From: Bacteroidaceae bacterium | GTDB lineage: Bacteria > Bacteroidota > Bacteroidia > Bacteroidales > Barnesiellaceae_A | Assembly: GCA_017935645.1 (NCBI GenBank) | Contig: JAGBHF010000006.1 | Location: 1 to 63,545, forward strand | DNA: 63,545 nucleotides | Direction: 5' to 3' | Shown here: piece by piece, positions 41,678-52,616 of the stretch | How the letters are laid out: each line of letters begins with the position of its first letter | Position numbering within the stretch: the first letter of the stretch is position 1 | Made by a program: the position numbers and the translations under genes | The notes under the pieces: model-generated | Databases searched by the model: none | The model's input: only the letters and a program-made list of their open reading frames with translations | What the model was told of the DNA's origin: nothing

Positions 41678-41779
41678 CGTTATAGTATTTTCTTCTACAA
41701 AGATAGCGAAAAGAGGGTGATGTGATGCTGAGATGTTCGACTTTTATAGAGTTATAACCTAAAAAAAGTATAAACACGT

Positions 41780-42682
41780 TTATTTCGTGCCCCAATATAG
41801 GAAGAGCATACCTATCAGAACCAATAAAAGGTCAATCGCCTTGTGCTTGATATTCTTTTCGCGGAAGAATATAGCCCCGGCAGTAAAGCTGACAACGACG
41901 CTACTGCGACGTACCAATGAGACTATTGATATCATTGAATCGGGGTAGCTGAGTGCATAGAAGTAGACAAAGTCGGCACAAACAAGAAAGAGTGAAATGA
42001 AAAAGATACTCTTGCGCCACACGAAGGGTGTGCTGTTATTACGCTTAGGATACCAAAGGACGAGGGTGATGATAAGCATAAGTGCCAATTGGTAATAGGA
42101 GTACCACACCAATACTGTCATGCGATGAAATCCGTGCGACATGAGGTATTTGTCGTATAGCCCGCTCATGGCTCCTGTTATGGTGGCGAGGAGTATAAAG
42201 ATAATCCATATATTGTGCTTGAAGTTGATACCCTCTTTTTTGCCCGATATTGATAGCAGAATAAATGCGACAATGGCAACCAATACACCTATCCATTGAT
42301 ACACATTGAGTGTCTCACCATAGATGAGCATAGCTCCTATAAGTGTGAGAATAGGTTGTGAAGCCTTGATGGGTGCTGCTATGGTGATAGGTAGGTGTTT
42401 GGTGGCAAAATAGGCAAAGAGCCACGACGACAGCACAATGCATGCCTTGAGAAAGATGAATAGGTGGGTGCGCAGGTCGGCTTCGGGCACATAAAAGATG
42501 GTGTCTTGAATGGTCTGTGGTGCTACTTTCGATAATAGGATGAGTGGCAAGAAAAGTAGTGAGCAAAAGAGGGTGTTGAGTAACAACACCGGAATGACTG
42601 CATTGCCATTGAGCGATGCTTTCTTACATGTATCGTATGCTCCTAATAGCAACGCCGAAAGAAATGCCAATGATAACCACAT
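41780..42682 (-). CDS. EamA/DMT family transporter
   Basis: About 10 TM segments in two repeats; YD-x-x-KK, LPITI, GE-x-L and F-x-EK motifs. Confidence 0.88.
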   Translation of the reverse strand: MWLSLAFLSALLLGAYDTCKKASLNGNAVIPVLLLNTLFCSLLFLPLILLSKVAPQTIQDTIFYVPEADLRTHLFIFLKACIVLSSWLFAYFATKHLPITIAAPIKASQPILTLIGAMLIYGETLNVYQWIGVLVAIVAFILLSISGKKEGINFKHNIWIIFILLATITGAMSGLYDKYLMSHGFHRMTVLVWYSYYQLALMLIITLVLWYPKRNNSTPFVWRKSIFFISLFLVCADFVYFYALSYPDSMISIVSLVRRSSVVVSFTAGAIFFREKNIKHKAIDLLLVLIGMLFLYWGTK

Positions 42683-42728
42683 GTGCGATAGTGTGAATTT
42701 AACAGTCGAATAACACGCCGCGTTATGC

Positions 42729-43475
42729 TTATATGAATATCTCCTCGGGGTAGGTTACGTCGTGTAGGAATAGAGCCTTGCCGGGCATTGATGTGCCTGC
42801 CAATCCTCTATCGCGCCCCTCGATAATGGCACAAAACTCTTCGAGCGAGATTTTGTGTCGTCCTACCTCCACAAGTGTGCCTACAATGGCGCGTACCATG
42901 TTGCGCAGAAAACGGTCGGCTGTAATGGTAAAGGTATAGCCTTCGCCCTCAGGCTCCCAATGGGCATAGGTAACGCGGCAATTGTTGGTCTTGACATCGG
43001 TGTGCAACTTGCTGAACGATGTAAAGTCGGTATAGCGGTATAGCATTTCGGCGGCTTGGTTCATTGCCTCAAAGTCGAGCGTGCCTCGGTATCGCCAAGC
43101 ATATCGTTCGGCGAAGGGCGACTTGTGGTCTATTGCATAGTACTTATAGGTGCGTGATGTGGCGTCGAAACGGGCATGAGCCTCGTTGGTGACAGGTACG
43201 CAACGAAACACGGCTATATCGGGTGGAAGCAGGCGGTTGAGCCTGTCGGCAAAGATGGCCGGATCGGGTAGGGGTGTCTCGGTGTCGAAGTGTGCCACCA
43301 TCAGGCGGGCATTTACTCCGGCATCGGTGCGACCGGCTCCTGTTACAGGGGTGGGTTGTCGCAAGAGTGTTTGCATGGCTTCCTCAAGGCATTGTTGTAC
43401 GGTGACGGCATTGGGTTGTATCTGCCATCCGTGATAGTTCGTGCCGTCGTATGCAAAGTAGAGGAAGTAACGCAT
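42729..43475 (-). CDS. truA: tRNA pseudouridine(38-40) synthase
   Basis: [25 protein letters not shown] and FLRNMVR motifs. Confidence 0.97.
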   Translation of the reverse strand: MRYFLYFAYDGTNYHGWQIQPNAVTVQQCLEEAMQTLLRQPTPVTGAGRTDAGVNARLMVAHFDTETPLPDPAIFADRLNRLLPPDIAVFRCVPVTNEAHARFDATSRTYKYYAIDHKSPFAERYAWRYRGTLDFEAMNQAAEMLYRYTDFTSFSKLHTDVKTNNCRVTYAHWEPEGEGYTFTITADRFLRNMVRAIVGTLVEVGRHKISLEEFCAIIEGRDRGLAGTSMPGKALFLHDVTYPEEIFI

Positions 43476-43554
43476 CTTGTTGAATATTTACTGATATAAT
43501 AAATACAATAATCCCACGACAGGCGTGGGACTAATGTGTTGTGATTGTGTCGTA

Positions 43555-45450
43555 TTAATCTCTTTCGAGGTAAGTATAACCGTACAGACCCGAGCGATAG
43601 TTCGACAAGAACTCGCGACCTTCCTCGGCTGTGATAATACCTGCTTTCATTGATGCGGTAGCCCATGCCTCGACACTACGCACCAACTTCTTGGATGAGA
43701 ATTGTACATAGTCAAGTACTTCGGCTACGGTCTCACCATCGATAACTTGGTCTATCTCATAGCGGTCTTTGTATACACTGATGTGTACAGCATTGGTATC
43801 ACCGAAGAGGTTGTGCAAGTCGCCCAAAATCTCTTGGTAAGCACCTACAAGGAATACACCTATATAGTAAGGCTCTTTACCTACTGCATGTACGGGGAGT
43901 GATGATGATGCACCGTTGGAAGATATAAAATTGGCAATCTTACCATCCGAGTCGCAGGTAATGTCTTGCAAGGTTGCTGTACGGTCGGGACGCTCGTCGA
44001 GGCGACCAATGGGCATGATGGGGAAAACCTGATCGATAGCCCACGAGTCGGGGAGTGACTGGAATAGCGAGAAGTTGCAGAAATACTTGTCGGGCAATAG
44101 GCGTTGTATCTTGCGCAACTCCTCGGGAGCATGCTTCATCTCAAGAGCCATCTGGTTTACTTCGCGAGCAATTGACCAGAAAAGCTTTTCGATTTGGGCG
44201 CGGGTGTTGAGGTCGAGCAAGCCGAGGCTGAAAAGGTCAAGAGCCTCTTCACGTATCTGCAGGGCATCGTGCCAGCTCTCGAGCAAGCGCGGTGTATTCA
44301 TGTTGTCCCATATATTGTACAACTCGCGAGCCAATTCGTGAGCCCCCTCTTCAAGTTCCTCTTTATCATCCCATATAGGCAATGAGGTAGTCTCAAGAGC
44401 TTCAATGATAAGTACCGAGTGGTGTGCTGTAAGCGAGCGTCCGCTCTCGGTGATAATATTGGGTTGGGGGAGGTTGTTTTTGTTACAAACGTCTACGAGC
44501 GTAAACACGGCATCGTTGACATACTCTTGTATCGAGTAGTTCATGCTACTCTCGCTTGATGATGAGCGTGAGCCGTCGTAGTCAACTCCAAGACCGCCAC
44601 CGATGTCGACAAACTCGATGTTGAAGCCCATTCGTTGTAGTTGCACGTAGAATTGTGATGCCTCTCGCAGTGCATTCTTGATGCGACGAATCTTGGTTAT
44701 CTGACTGCCTATGTGGAAGTGGATAAAGCGCAAGCAATCGGTCATCTTACGTGAGCGAAGGAATTCGAGAGCTTCGAGCAGTTCGCTTGAGTTGAGGCCG
44801 AACTTACTGCCGTCACCACCCGATTCTTCCCATTTACCGCTACCCGAGCTGGCAAGTTTGATGCGGATACCAATGTTGGGTTGTACCTTAAATCGTTTGG
44901 CAATCTCGGCTATATTTTTCAACTCATTGAGTTTTTCGACAACGAGGAAGATGCGACGACCCATCTTTTGAGCAAGAAGAGCCAATTCGATGTATGCCTC
45001 GTCTTTGTAACCGTTACATATAATGAGAGAGTTTTTGTCGGTATTGATGGCCAATACAGCATGCAACTCGGGTTTCGAACCGGCCTCAAGACCTATGTTG
45101 AACTTCTTACCGTGGCTTACAATCTCCTCTACCACAGGTCGCATTTGGTTGACCTTGATGGGATAGATGATGAAGTTTTGGGCTGTATAGCCATACTCCT
45201 CGGCAGCTTGTTGGAAACAATTGGAAATCTTCTCGATGCGGTTATCGAGAATGTCGGGGAAACGTACGAGTACGGGAGCGGTCACGTCGCGGAGTTGCAA
45301 CTCGTCCATCAGCTCACGGAGGTCTACCGAAGCGTGGTTTTCACGAGGTGTTACTTGTACATGACCTTTGTCGTTGATCGAAAAATATTTCAAACCCCAG
45401 CCATTGATGTTATACAATTCGGCTGAGTCTTCGATGCGCCATCTTCTCAT
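43555..45450 (-). CDS. speA: Biosynthetic arginine decarboxylase
   Basis: YPIKVNQ, GLEAGSKPEL, HFHIGSQI, GGGLGVDY, ESGR, TCDSDG and GAYQEILG motifs. Confidence 0.98.
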   Translation of the reverse strand: MRRWRIEDSAELYNINGWGLKYFSINDKGHVQVTPRENHASVDLRELMDELQLRDVTAPVLVRFPDILDNRIEKISNCFQQAAEEYGYTAQNFIIYPIKVNQMRPVVEEIVSHGKKFNIGLEAGSKPELHAVLAINTDKNSLIICNGYKDEAYIELALLAQKMGRRIFLVVEKLNELKNIAEIAKRFKVQPNIGIRIKLASSGSGKWEESGGDGSKFGLNSSELLEALEFLRSRKMTDCLRFIHFHIGSQITKIRRIKNALREASQFYVQLQRMGFNIEFVDIGGGLGVDYDGSRSSSSESSMNYSIQEYVNDAVFTLVDVCNKNNLPQPNIITESGRSLTAHHSVLIIEALETTSLPIWDDKEELEEGAHELARELYNIWDNMNTPRLLESWHDALQIREEALDLFSLGLLDLNTRAQIEKLFWSIAREVNQMALEMKHAPEELRKIQRLLPDKYFCNFSLFQSLPDSWAIDQVFPIMPIGRLDERPDRTATLQDITCDSDGKIANFISSNGASSSLPVHAVGKEPYYIGVFLVGAYQEILGDLHNLFGDTNAVHISVYKDRYEIDQVIDGETVAEVLDYVQFSSKKLVRSVEAWATASMKAGIITAEEGREFLSNYRSGLYGYTYLERD

Positions 45451-45595
45451 TTCGTCAGTTACTTGTGTTTTATTGAGTTGTTATATTATAGTATGTGTTT
45501 TGAACCCGCAAAAATACATATTATAATTTAAAAACAAGGGCTGACGAGGTGTTAATGTTTGATTTATTGCTCTTATGTTGCTCTTTTTCTTTATT

Positions 45596-46156
45596 TTATG
45601 CAAAAAATAGGTGCTCTATGCATATTTTTACACCAATCAGTATGAGTATGATACCGCCAATAATCTCAGCGCCTTTCTTGAGATAGCAACCTATCTTCTT
45701 GCCAATGAGGAGTCCGGCCATTGAGAATATAAAGGTTGTTATTCCAATGACTATGGCCGACTGCACTATATCGACGTGTAGGAACGATAGCGATATGCCC
45801 ACTGCCATGGCATCGATACTTGTGGCCAGTCCCATTGTCATGGCTGTGCGGGTGCAACAGGGGTCGAAACATTGACACTCTTCTTGTTGTAATGCTTCGT
45901 AAATCATGCGACCTCCCAAGTACAGCAGTAGAGCCAATGCTATCCAATGGTCGTATGCTTCGATGTATTCTCTAAATCCTACGCCAAGCAGCCAGCCTAC
46001 TACGGGCATGAGACCTTGGAACAGTGCCATGATGAGAGCAAACTTGCAAGCCCGTCTCATTGTAAAAGGGCGCATGAGTGTACCACTTGTGAGCGATACC
46101 GCAAAGCTATCCATGCACAAGCCTATGGCAAGGACGATGAGAGAGAATAGTGTCAT
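45596..46156 (-). CDS. mntP: Manganese efflux pump MntP
   Basis: MDSFAVS, FQGLMP-x-x-G, DHWIA, ATSIDAMAVG and AEIIGG motifs. Confidence 0.93.
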   Translation of the reverse strand: MTLFSLIVLAIGLCMDSFAVSLTSGTLMRPFTMRRACKFALIMALFQGLMPVVGWLLGVGFREYIEAYDHWIALALLLYLGGRMIYEALQQEECQCFDPCCTRTAMTMGLATSIDAMAVGISLSFLHVDIVQSAIVIGITTFIFSMAGLLIGKKIGCYLKKGAEIIGGIILILIGVKICIEHLFFA

Positions 46157-46184
46157 AGTTGTGTTGCTATTTATAATGCTTCAT

Positions 46185-46225
46185 AAAAAACGGGAGAACT
46201 CGGCTCTTGGAGCTTCGTCTCCCGT
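46185..46225 (-). terminator. Intrinsic terminator/attenuator 28 nt upstream of mntP
   Basis: ACGGGAGA...TCTCCCGT stem followed by a U-run on the minus strand. Confidence 0.75.
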
Positions 46226-46327
46226 CATCACACACACATAACACACATTACTATAACTCCCGTGGCGATAAAAAGTTCGCTGAAGGAGCGATTTTTTTGT
46301 GATTTTGTTGTGCGATGAACGGTTATT

Positions 46328-48157
46328 TCAAAATTTCTGCATATCTACGAGGTGCTTGTAGTATCCGTCTTTGGCTACAAGTTCGTCGTGCTTACCCTGT
46401 TCAACAATGCGACCTTCATGTACAACGCAGATGAGGTCGGCGTTGCGGATGGTCGATAGGCGGTGAGCCACCACGAGGGTTGTGCGGTTGCGCATGAGTT
46501 TTTCGAGCGCCTCTTGCACAAGTCTTTCTGACTCGGTGTCGAGTGCCGATGTCGCTTCGTCAAGAATAAGTATGGGGGGATTCTTGAGAATGGCACGGGC
46601 AATACTGATGCGTTGGCGTTGACCACCTGACAACAGGCAACCGCGGTCGCCTATGTTGGTATTGTATCCATCGGGCGTTTCCATGATGAAATTGTGCGCA
46701 TTGGCAATGCGTGCAGCCTCCATAACCTGTTCGAGGGTTGCATCCTTTACACCGAAGGCTATATTGTTGAAGAAAGTGTCGTTGAATAGAATAGCTTCTT
46801 GATTGACATTACCCATAAGGTTGCGAAGGTCGTGTACCTTGACATCTTTGATATTGATGCCGTCGATGAAGATACCACCTTCGTTTACGTCGTAGAATCG
46901 AGGAAGGAGGTCGGCAAGTGTAGTTTTACCCGAGCCCGATTGTCCTACAAGCGCTACTGTTTGTCCGCGTTTAATATTGAGAGAAATGTTTCTCAGCACA
47001 TAGTCGTTGCTGTATTTAAAAGAGACATTCCTGTATTCTATGCCCTCATTCAATGCAGTAAGTTGTGCGGGTTTCTCGGGGTCTTGTATAGGATTGGGGG
47101 TTGAGAGTAGCTTGTCGACACGTTCCATCGCAGCCAATCCGCGTTGTACGGCATACATGCCTTTCGATAGGTCTTTAACAGGATTGATGATGCTGTAGAA
47201 GATAACCAAGAAGTAGATAAATTGGGCTGCATCGATGGTGCTGCTGCCCGACAAGATAAGGCTTCCTCCAAACCACAATACGATAACGATAGTTGCTGTG
47301 CCAAGAAACTCGCTCATGGGATGTGCCAATGCCTGACGGCGTGCAACACGTGTGCCAAGGTTGAAGTAATTGTTGAGAATGCCGTTGAATCTTGTTGCAA
47401 TTTTTCCTTCGGCATTGAAGGCCTTGATGATGCGCATACCTCCAAGGGTCTCTTCAATCGAAGACATGATAAAGCCCCAACACGACTGCAAGTCGGTAGA
47501 TTTCCGTTTCAATGAGCGACCCACGCGACCCATGAGGAGTCCTGCTGTGGGTAGCAGAATGAGGACAAAAAGTGTGAGTTGCCAACTGATAAGGAACATC
47601 ATCGTGAGGCATACAATAATCATGATAGGGTCTTTGAATATCATTTCGAGCGACGACATTATCGAGGTCTCAACCTCGGCAGTATCGCCGGTCATGCGTG
47701 CCATGATATCGCCTTTGCGTTCGTTGGTAAAAAATCCGATGGGCAGGCTTAATACCTTATCGTGAACATGTGCGCGTATGTCTCTTACAACACCATTGCG
47801 AAGTGGTATAAGGAAGAAAGAACTGAGGTAAGCACTTCCGGTTTTCAGTGCAGTGGTAACTGTAAGAAAAATGCCTAAGAATAGGATGGTGATGGATGCA
47901 CCATAATGCTCAATAGCTTGAGCTGTGATATAATAGAAATTGTTGATAGCTACGTCTTTTATGTTGCTCATGTCCCATGCCATGTAGGTATATTCGCCTA
48001 CATTGCCGGTCTTGAACAGCATCTCCAATATGGGCATGATTGTTGCAAAAGAGAAGAGCGTGAGCAACGATGCCAAGATGTTGAAGAATATATTGAGTGC
48101 GAGATAGTGCTTGTAGGGCGGGACAAATCTGCGCAATATGGAAATGAATTCTTTCAT
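46328..48157 (-). CDS. ABC transporter ATP-binding/permease (MsbA-like)
   Basis: N-terminal TM domain; GQSGSGKT, LSGGQRQR, ILDEATSALD and AHRLST motifs; start at 48157. Confidence 0.93.
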   Translation of the reverse strand: MKEFISILRRFVPPYKHYLALNIFFNILASLLTLFSFATIMPILEMLFKTGNVGEYTYMAWDMSNIKDVAINNFYYITAQAIEHYGASITILFLGIFLTVTTALKTGSAYLSSFFLIPLRNGVVRDIRAHVHDKVLSLPIGFFTNERKGDIMARMTGDTAEVETSIMSSLEMIFKDPIMIIVCLTMMFLISWQLTLFVLILLPTAGLLMGRVGRSLKRKSTDLQSCWGFIMSSIEETLGGMRIIKAFNAEGKIATRFNGILNNYFNLGTRVARRQALAHPMSEFLGTATIVIVLWFGGSLILSGSSTIDAAQFIYFLVIFYSIINPVKDLSKGMYAVQRGLAAMERVDKLLSTPNPIQDPEKPAQLTALNEGIEYRNVSFKYSNDYVLRNISLNIKRGQTVALVGQSGSGKTTLADLLPRFYDVNEGGIFIDGINIKDVKVHDLRNLMGNVNQEAILFNDTFFNNIAFGVKDATLEQVMEAARIANAHNFIMETPDGYNTNIGDRGCLLSGGQRQRISIARAILKNPPILILDEATSALDTESERLVQEALEKLMRNRTTLVVAHRLSTIRNADLICVVHEGRIVEQGKHDELVAKDGYYKHLVDMQKF

Positions 48158-48383
48158 ATGTGGTTCGCTTTGTGAGTGCAAAGATAGCGAAAGATGAAGA
48201 AAAAACTATGCCGAAGTAGCTTTTTCTCCTACTTGGTGTAAATGTAACACTCTTTGTTGTAGTGAAAAAGTAGTTCAATTCAAGTGTAAGAATGGGAAAA
48301 ACGGATGTAAAAAAATTTTTTAATACTATTAAACTTTTACTTTTTATTATAGTCTTATGTGTGGTTTTAATATTATCAATTAT

Positions 48384-51176
48384 ATGAATAATAAAAAATA
48401 TATACTACTCTTTTTGCTGTGCTTTTTAATTCCACTTGCGTCTGTAGCACAGCGTGTTAGTGTGCGAGGTGTGGTGCGTGATGCTGTCGATAACGAGCCA
48501 TTGCCTCGTGTGAGTGTGCGCATATTGCAACTTCGTGACAGTGCCTATGTTGCCGGTACAACCGGTAATAATGAAGGTATATTCCGTGTCAACGATATAC
48601 CTCATGGCAATTACATTGTGCAATTTTCTTTCTTGGGATATAGTACACAGTATGTCAACATCAATACTCGTCAGGTGCGTTCGCAATACAATATGGGCGA
48701 GATATTGATGAGCACCGGCGATATTGTACTTGCCGAGGCTACCGTCGTGGGTAAAGCGCCCGAAGTGGTTGTTAAAGAGGATACTGTAGAGTTTAATGCC
48801 GACTCGTACAAGACACAGCCGAGTGCTGTTGTCGAGGACTTGCTCAAGCGACTACCCGGTGTAGAGGTGGATGAGACCGGCAAGATAACCGCCAATGGTA
48901 AGGAAGTGACCAAGATATTGCTTGATGGCAAAGAGTTCTTCTCGGACGACCCCAAAGTGGCATCGAAAAACATTCCGGTAGAAATGGTGCAAAAGTTGCA
49001 GGTGGTAGACCGCAAGAGCGACTTGGCTCGCATTACCGGAGTAGACGATGGCGAGGAGGAGACCGTTATCAATCTGACCATTAAGCCGGGCATGAAGCAA
49101 GGTTGGTTTGGTGAGATACAAGGCGGATATGGCTATCGTCTTATGAACAACGACAACACCAGTCCGCACCGTTATCAAGGTGGAGCTATGGTTAACTATA
49201 TTAAGGATGATGACCAATTCACCCTTATACTTAACTCGAATAACGTAAATAGCATGGGCTTTACCGACCAGGGACAAGGTCGTTTCCGTCGTTGGGGTGG
49301 TAATAATGGTATAGCCACATCGCACAGCTTGGGCTTGAACTTCAACGTGGGTAATCAAGAGATATTCCGCGTGGGAGGTGATGTGATGTATTCATACAAC
49401 GATCGCGACACTCGCAAGCGTAGCGAACGCCAAGATTTCTTTAGCGATAGTACTTCGTATAGTGATCTCCGTTCGGAAGCTCGCGACATTGGCCAACAAA
49501 TCAATGCCCGTTTCCGTGTTCAATGGAATCCCGATTCGATTAATACGTTTGAGTTCCGTCCTCGCATTTCGGTAAACTTCAACGAATCACGTCGCATTGA
49601 GGAGTCGAATACCTTTGCCGGTGATGCCGCGCGTACACAGGTGAACCGCAACTATAACTACAACAACAGTAATGGCGTAAGTTTGCAGACATCGGGCGAG
49701 TTGATTTATAATCGACAACTTACCTCTAAGCCCGGTCGTTCTATCAGTGTTCATGGACGTTACAACTTCAGCAATACTACCGAGACCGGTAATAGTATAG
49801 ACAAGACATGGTATTATCTGTTGCGCGATACTACCGACTTGGATCAGACCAGCGACGACCACTCATGGAGTAATGGCTATTCAGCTCGATTGACTTATAC
49901 CGAGCCTATCGGTAAGCCCGAGAAAGGTATGTTCTTAACCTTTGCGCTACGCAGTCAAGGTGACTTCCGTAATGCCGATAAGTATACCTATACGGCCGAT
50001 GAATTTGGCGAGTATCCTTTGGTACCCGATACTGCCTATAGCAATAGTTTCCGCAACATGAACATTACCAATAGTGCACAGATTGGTTTCCGTCATGTAA
50101 CACGTAATCTTAACTATAACGTCGGATTGTCATTTGAGCCTACCACTACATCGTCGCAAGACCTTATGAAGCCGATGAATAATATCGATACTTATACGGT
50201 GTACAACTGGGCACCTTTCATGTGGCTTACTTATAAGGTAGACAAGCAAACATCATTGCGCATGTGGTATAATGGTCGTACCGAGCAACCTACTATTGCT
50301 CAGTTGCAACCTGTTCCCGACATATCAAATCCCCTGAATATTGTAGTGGGTAATCCCGATTTGTCGCCCAGCTTTACACACCGTTTGCGCCTGCGCTTTA
50401 GCGACTATGACTCCGAGTCGCAACGTTCTATTATGGCTCATTTGCGTGCCAACTATACAATGAACAGTATCATATCGGCAACCGAATATAACTCGGAGAC
50501 CGGTGGTCGTGTCACATCGTATGAGAATGTCGATGGCGTGTGGAATATAAATGGTATGTTTATGATAACATTGCCCTTCCGCGACAAACGCTGGCAGTTC
50601 AACAACTTTACCCGATTGGGTTATAGCAGCAGTGCCGGTAAGAACAACGGCGAATTTAACCGTGCCAATCAATACTCGGCCGGTGAGAGCCTTTCGTTGG
50701 CGTTCCGCAGTACCTATTTCGACACCGAGTTGCGAGGAAATTACAATCTGCAACATGTACGCAACACTGTTCAAACAGGCAACAACCGTACCGTACACAA
50801 CTATGGTGGTACGTATAGCTTTACAGTCAATATACCGTTTGGCATGACCATCGGTAGCGATATCAGTTATAGAGGAAATCAAGGTTATACCGACGGTTAC
50901 AACCAAAATGTGTGGTTGTGGAATGCGCAAATTTCATACTCGTTCCTCGCCGGTAAGAATGCCACTATCATGCTCAAAGGTGTAGACTTGCTCAATCAAT
51001 CGAACAATATTCAACGTACCGTAACCGGTAACTACCTTGAAGACGTTGAGTATAATACCTTGGGTCGCTACTGCATGATATCGTTCAGTTATCGATTTAA
51101 CACTTTTGGCAAGGACCGACCTCAGATGAGAAATCAATATGGTCCCGGATTTGGTCCTCCTCACGGTCGTCACTAA
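48384..51176 (+). CDS. Outer membrane beta-barrel protein (TonB-dependent-receptor-like) with an N-terminal carboxypeptidase-regulatory-like domain
   Basis: Signal peptide; F-x-FLGY; plug-like EDLLKRLPGVEVD; GNPDL-x-P; C-terminal SYRF. Confidence 0.85.
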   Translation: MNNKKYILLFLLCFLIPLASVAQRVSVRGVVRDAVDNEPLPRVSVRILQLRDSAYVAGTTGNNEGIFRVNDIPHGNYIVQFSFLGYSTQYVNINTRQVRSQYNMGEILMSTGDIVLAEATVVGKAPEVVVKEDTVEFNADSYKTQPSAVVEDLLKRLPGVEVDETGKITANGKEVTKILLDGKEFFSDDPKVASKNIPVEMVQKLQVVDRKSDLARITGVDDGEEETVINLTIKPGMKQGWFGEIQGGYGYRLMNNDNTSPHRYQGGAMVNYIKDDDQFTLILNSNNVNSMGFTDQGQGRFRRWGGNNGIATSHSLGLNFNVGNQEIFRVGGDVMYSYNDRDTRKRSERQDFFSDSTSYSDLRSEARDIGQQINARFRVQWNPDSINTFEFRPRISVNFNESRRIEESNTFAGDAARTQVNRNYNYNNSNGVSLQTSGELIYNRQLTSKPGRSISVHGRYNFSNTTETGNSIDKTWYYLLRDTTDLDQTSDDHSWSNGYSARLTYTEPIGKPEKGMFLTFALRSQGDFRNADKYTYTADEFGEYPLVPDTAYSNSFRNMNITNSAQIGFRHVTRNLNYNVGLSFEPTTTSSQDLMKPMNNIDTYTVYNWAPFMWLTYKVDKQTSLRMWYNGRTEQPTIAQLQPVPDISNPLNIVVGNPDLSPSFTHRLRLRFSDYDSESQRSIMAHLRANYTMNSIISATEYNSETGGRVTSYENVDGVWNINGMFMITLPFRDKRWQFNNFTRLGYSSSAGKNNGEFNRANQYSAGESLSLAFRSTYFDTELRGNYNLQHVRNTVQTGNNRTVHNYGGTYSFTVNIPFGMTIGSDISYRGNQGYTDGYNQNVWLWNAQISYSFLAGKNATIMLKGVDLLNQSNNIQRTVTGNYLEDVEYNTLGRYCMISFSYRFNTFGKDRPQMRNQYGPGFGPPHGRH

Positions 51177-51278
51177 TATTATTCCAACATAGGATAGATA
51201 TAGCCTGATAAGAGAGAAATCATGCATTTTTGCATGGTTTCTCTTTTGTATGCAGGTAAGATTTATTATCTTCGCCAT

Positions 51279-51578
51279 ATGAGCCGAATAGAAGAAGAAA
51301 AACGAGTGGTAGAGCTTATGATAAGGCTCTATTGTCGCCACAAAGAGGGTAATGACGAGTTGTGCGATTCTTGTAAGGCGCTGTTGCAGTATGCGCATGC
51401 CCGCTTGTCGAAGTGTCCCTTTGGCGATAAGAAAAGCACTTGTCGCAAGTGTGCTATACACTGTTACAAGCCCGATATGCGCGAGCAAATGCGAGCCGTG
51501 ATGCGCTATGCCGGCCCGCGCATGCTGTTGCATCATCCTTGGTATGCACTCAAGCACATGTGGCAAGAGCTACGATAG
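51279..51578 (+). CDS. Nitrous oxide-stimulated promoter (YgbA) family protein
   Basis: EK-x-x-V-x-x-MI-x-LYC-x-x-x, LC-x-x-C, CPF, C-x-x-C-x-x-HCY and VMRYAGPRML motifs. Confidence 0.88.
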   Translation: MSRIEEEKRVVELMIRLYCRHKEGNDELCDSCKALLQYAHARLSKCPFGDKKSTCRKCAIHCYKPDMREQMRAVMRYAGPRMLLHHPWYALKHMWQELR

Positions 51579-51611
51579 CCCTTGCTGTAAGATGTGTAAC
51601 AGTGTAGAGTG

Positions 51612-52613
51612 CTATCTTTTCAGAAACTTGTCGAATGAGGGCGATTGCTCGGTACGGATAGAGTCGTTCACGTCGATGTAGATGAGGTAGTAGGCCAATT
51701 CCTTGTGTTCCGATGCTAATAAGCGTGCCTTTTCGCGACCCATCACCATGAGTGCTGTTGCATAGGCGTCTGCCTCGATTGAGGTGGGGGCAATGACCGT
51801 TGCGCTGAGTACATCTTGCTCGGCAGGGTAGCCTGTTGCCGGATTGATGGTGTGGCCGTATTTGCGTCCGTCACGTTCGTAGAAATTGCGATAATTGCCA
51901 CTTGTAGCAAGTCCGTATCGACCGTCAAGCATAGCAATGGCTTGCAGATTGCTGTTATTGCCGTCGGGGTCGTCTTCGGGGGTAACGATACCTATGTGCC
52001 ATGCAGCTCCGCGCGAATTGTGCCCGGCAGTGCGCACTTCTCCACCGACCTCTATCATATAGTTCTCTATGCCATGATTGTCGAGCAGAGTGGCTATGAG
52101 GTCACAAGCACAACCATCGCCCAATGCCGAGAAGTTGAGCATGATGCGTGGGTCTTGCTTTATCACCTTGTTGTCAACAAGGGTTGCTTTGTCGTAGCCT
52201 ACAAATTGGCTAAGGCTGTCTAAGAGTTGTTGCGTTACGGCCGTACTGTCGGTCTTAAAGCCAAATCCCCAAGCGTTGATGTAAGGTGCACAAGTTACAT
52301 CGAGGGCTCCATCGGTAGCCTCGGCCACCTGCATGGCTGTATTGAACACCTTTGTAAAGATAGAATCTACTGCAATATCCTCATTGCGATTGACGTGTGC
52401 AATGATTGATGTGCTATCGAAGGGGTTGATGGCATGGTAATAGTCGCGCATGACTTGGCGTATCTCGTTTTCGAGATTATGCTGTGCCTCGTACTTTACC
52501 GAGTAGGGAGTGTGTAACTCGTAGCACACCATCTCGCGAAACTCCTTGCGAGGGGTACAACCTATCAACACTATGGCTAAGAGCAGTGTAAGAGCAACAG
52601 TAATTCGTTTCAT
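51612..52613 (-). CDS. apbE: FAD:protein FMN transferase lipoprotein
   Basis: Lipobox LIGC; TDGALDVT, WGFG, GGEV, ATSGNY, HTINP and ADAYATA motifs. Confidence 0.92.
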   Translation of the reverse strand: MKRITVALTLLLAIVLIGCTPRKEFREMVCYELHTPYSVKYEAQHNLENEIRQVMRDYYHAINPFDSTSIIAHVNRNEDIAVDSIFTKVFNTAMQVAEATDGALDVTCAPYINAWGFGFKTDSTAVTQQLLDSLSQFVGYDKATLVDNKVIKQDPRIMLNFSALGDGCACDLIATLLDNHGIENYMIEVGGEVRTAGHNSRGAAWHIGIVTPEDDPDGNNSNLQAIAMLDGRYGLATSGNYRNFYERDGRKYGHTINPATGYPAEQDVLSATVIAPTSIEADAYATALMVMGREKARLLASEHKELAYYLIYIDVNDSIRTEQSPSFDKFLKR

Positions 52614-52616
52614 GGC

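Noticed and set aside
46190-46270. Canonical yybP-ykoY riboswitch
   Set aside because: The only resemblance (CGTCATCAC...CGTGGCG) is on the strand antisense to mntP, and the conserved GGGGAGUAG/AGACC elements are absent on the sense strand.
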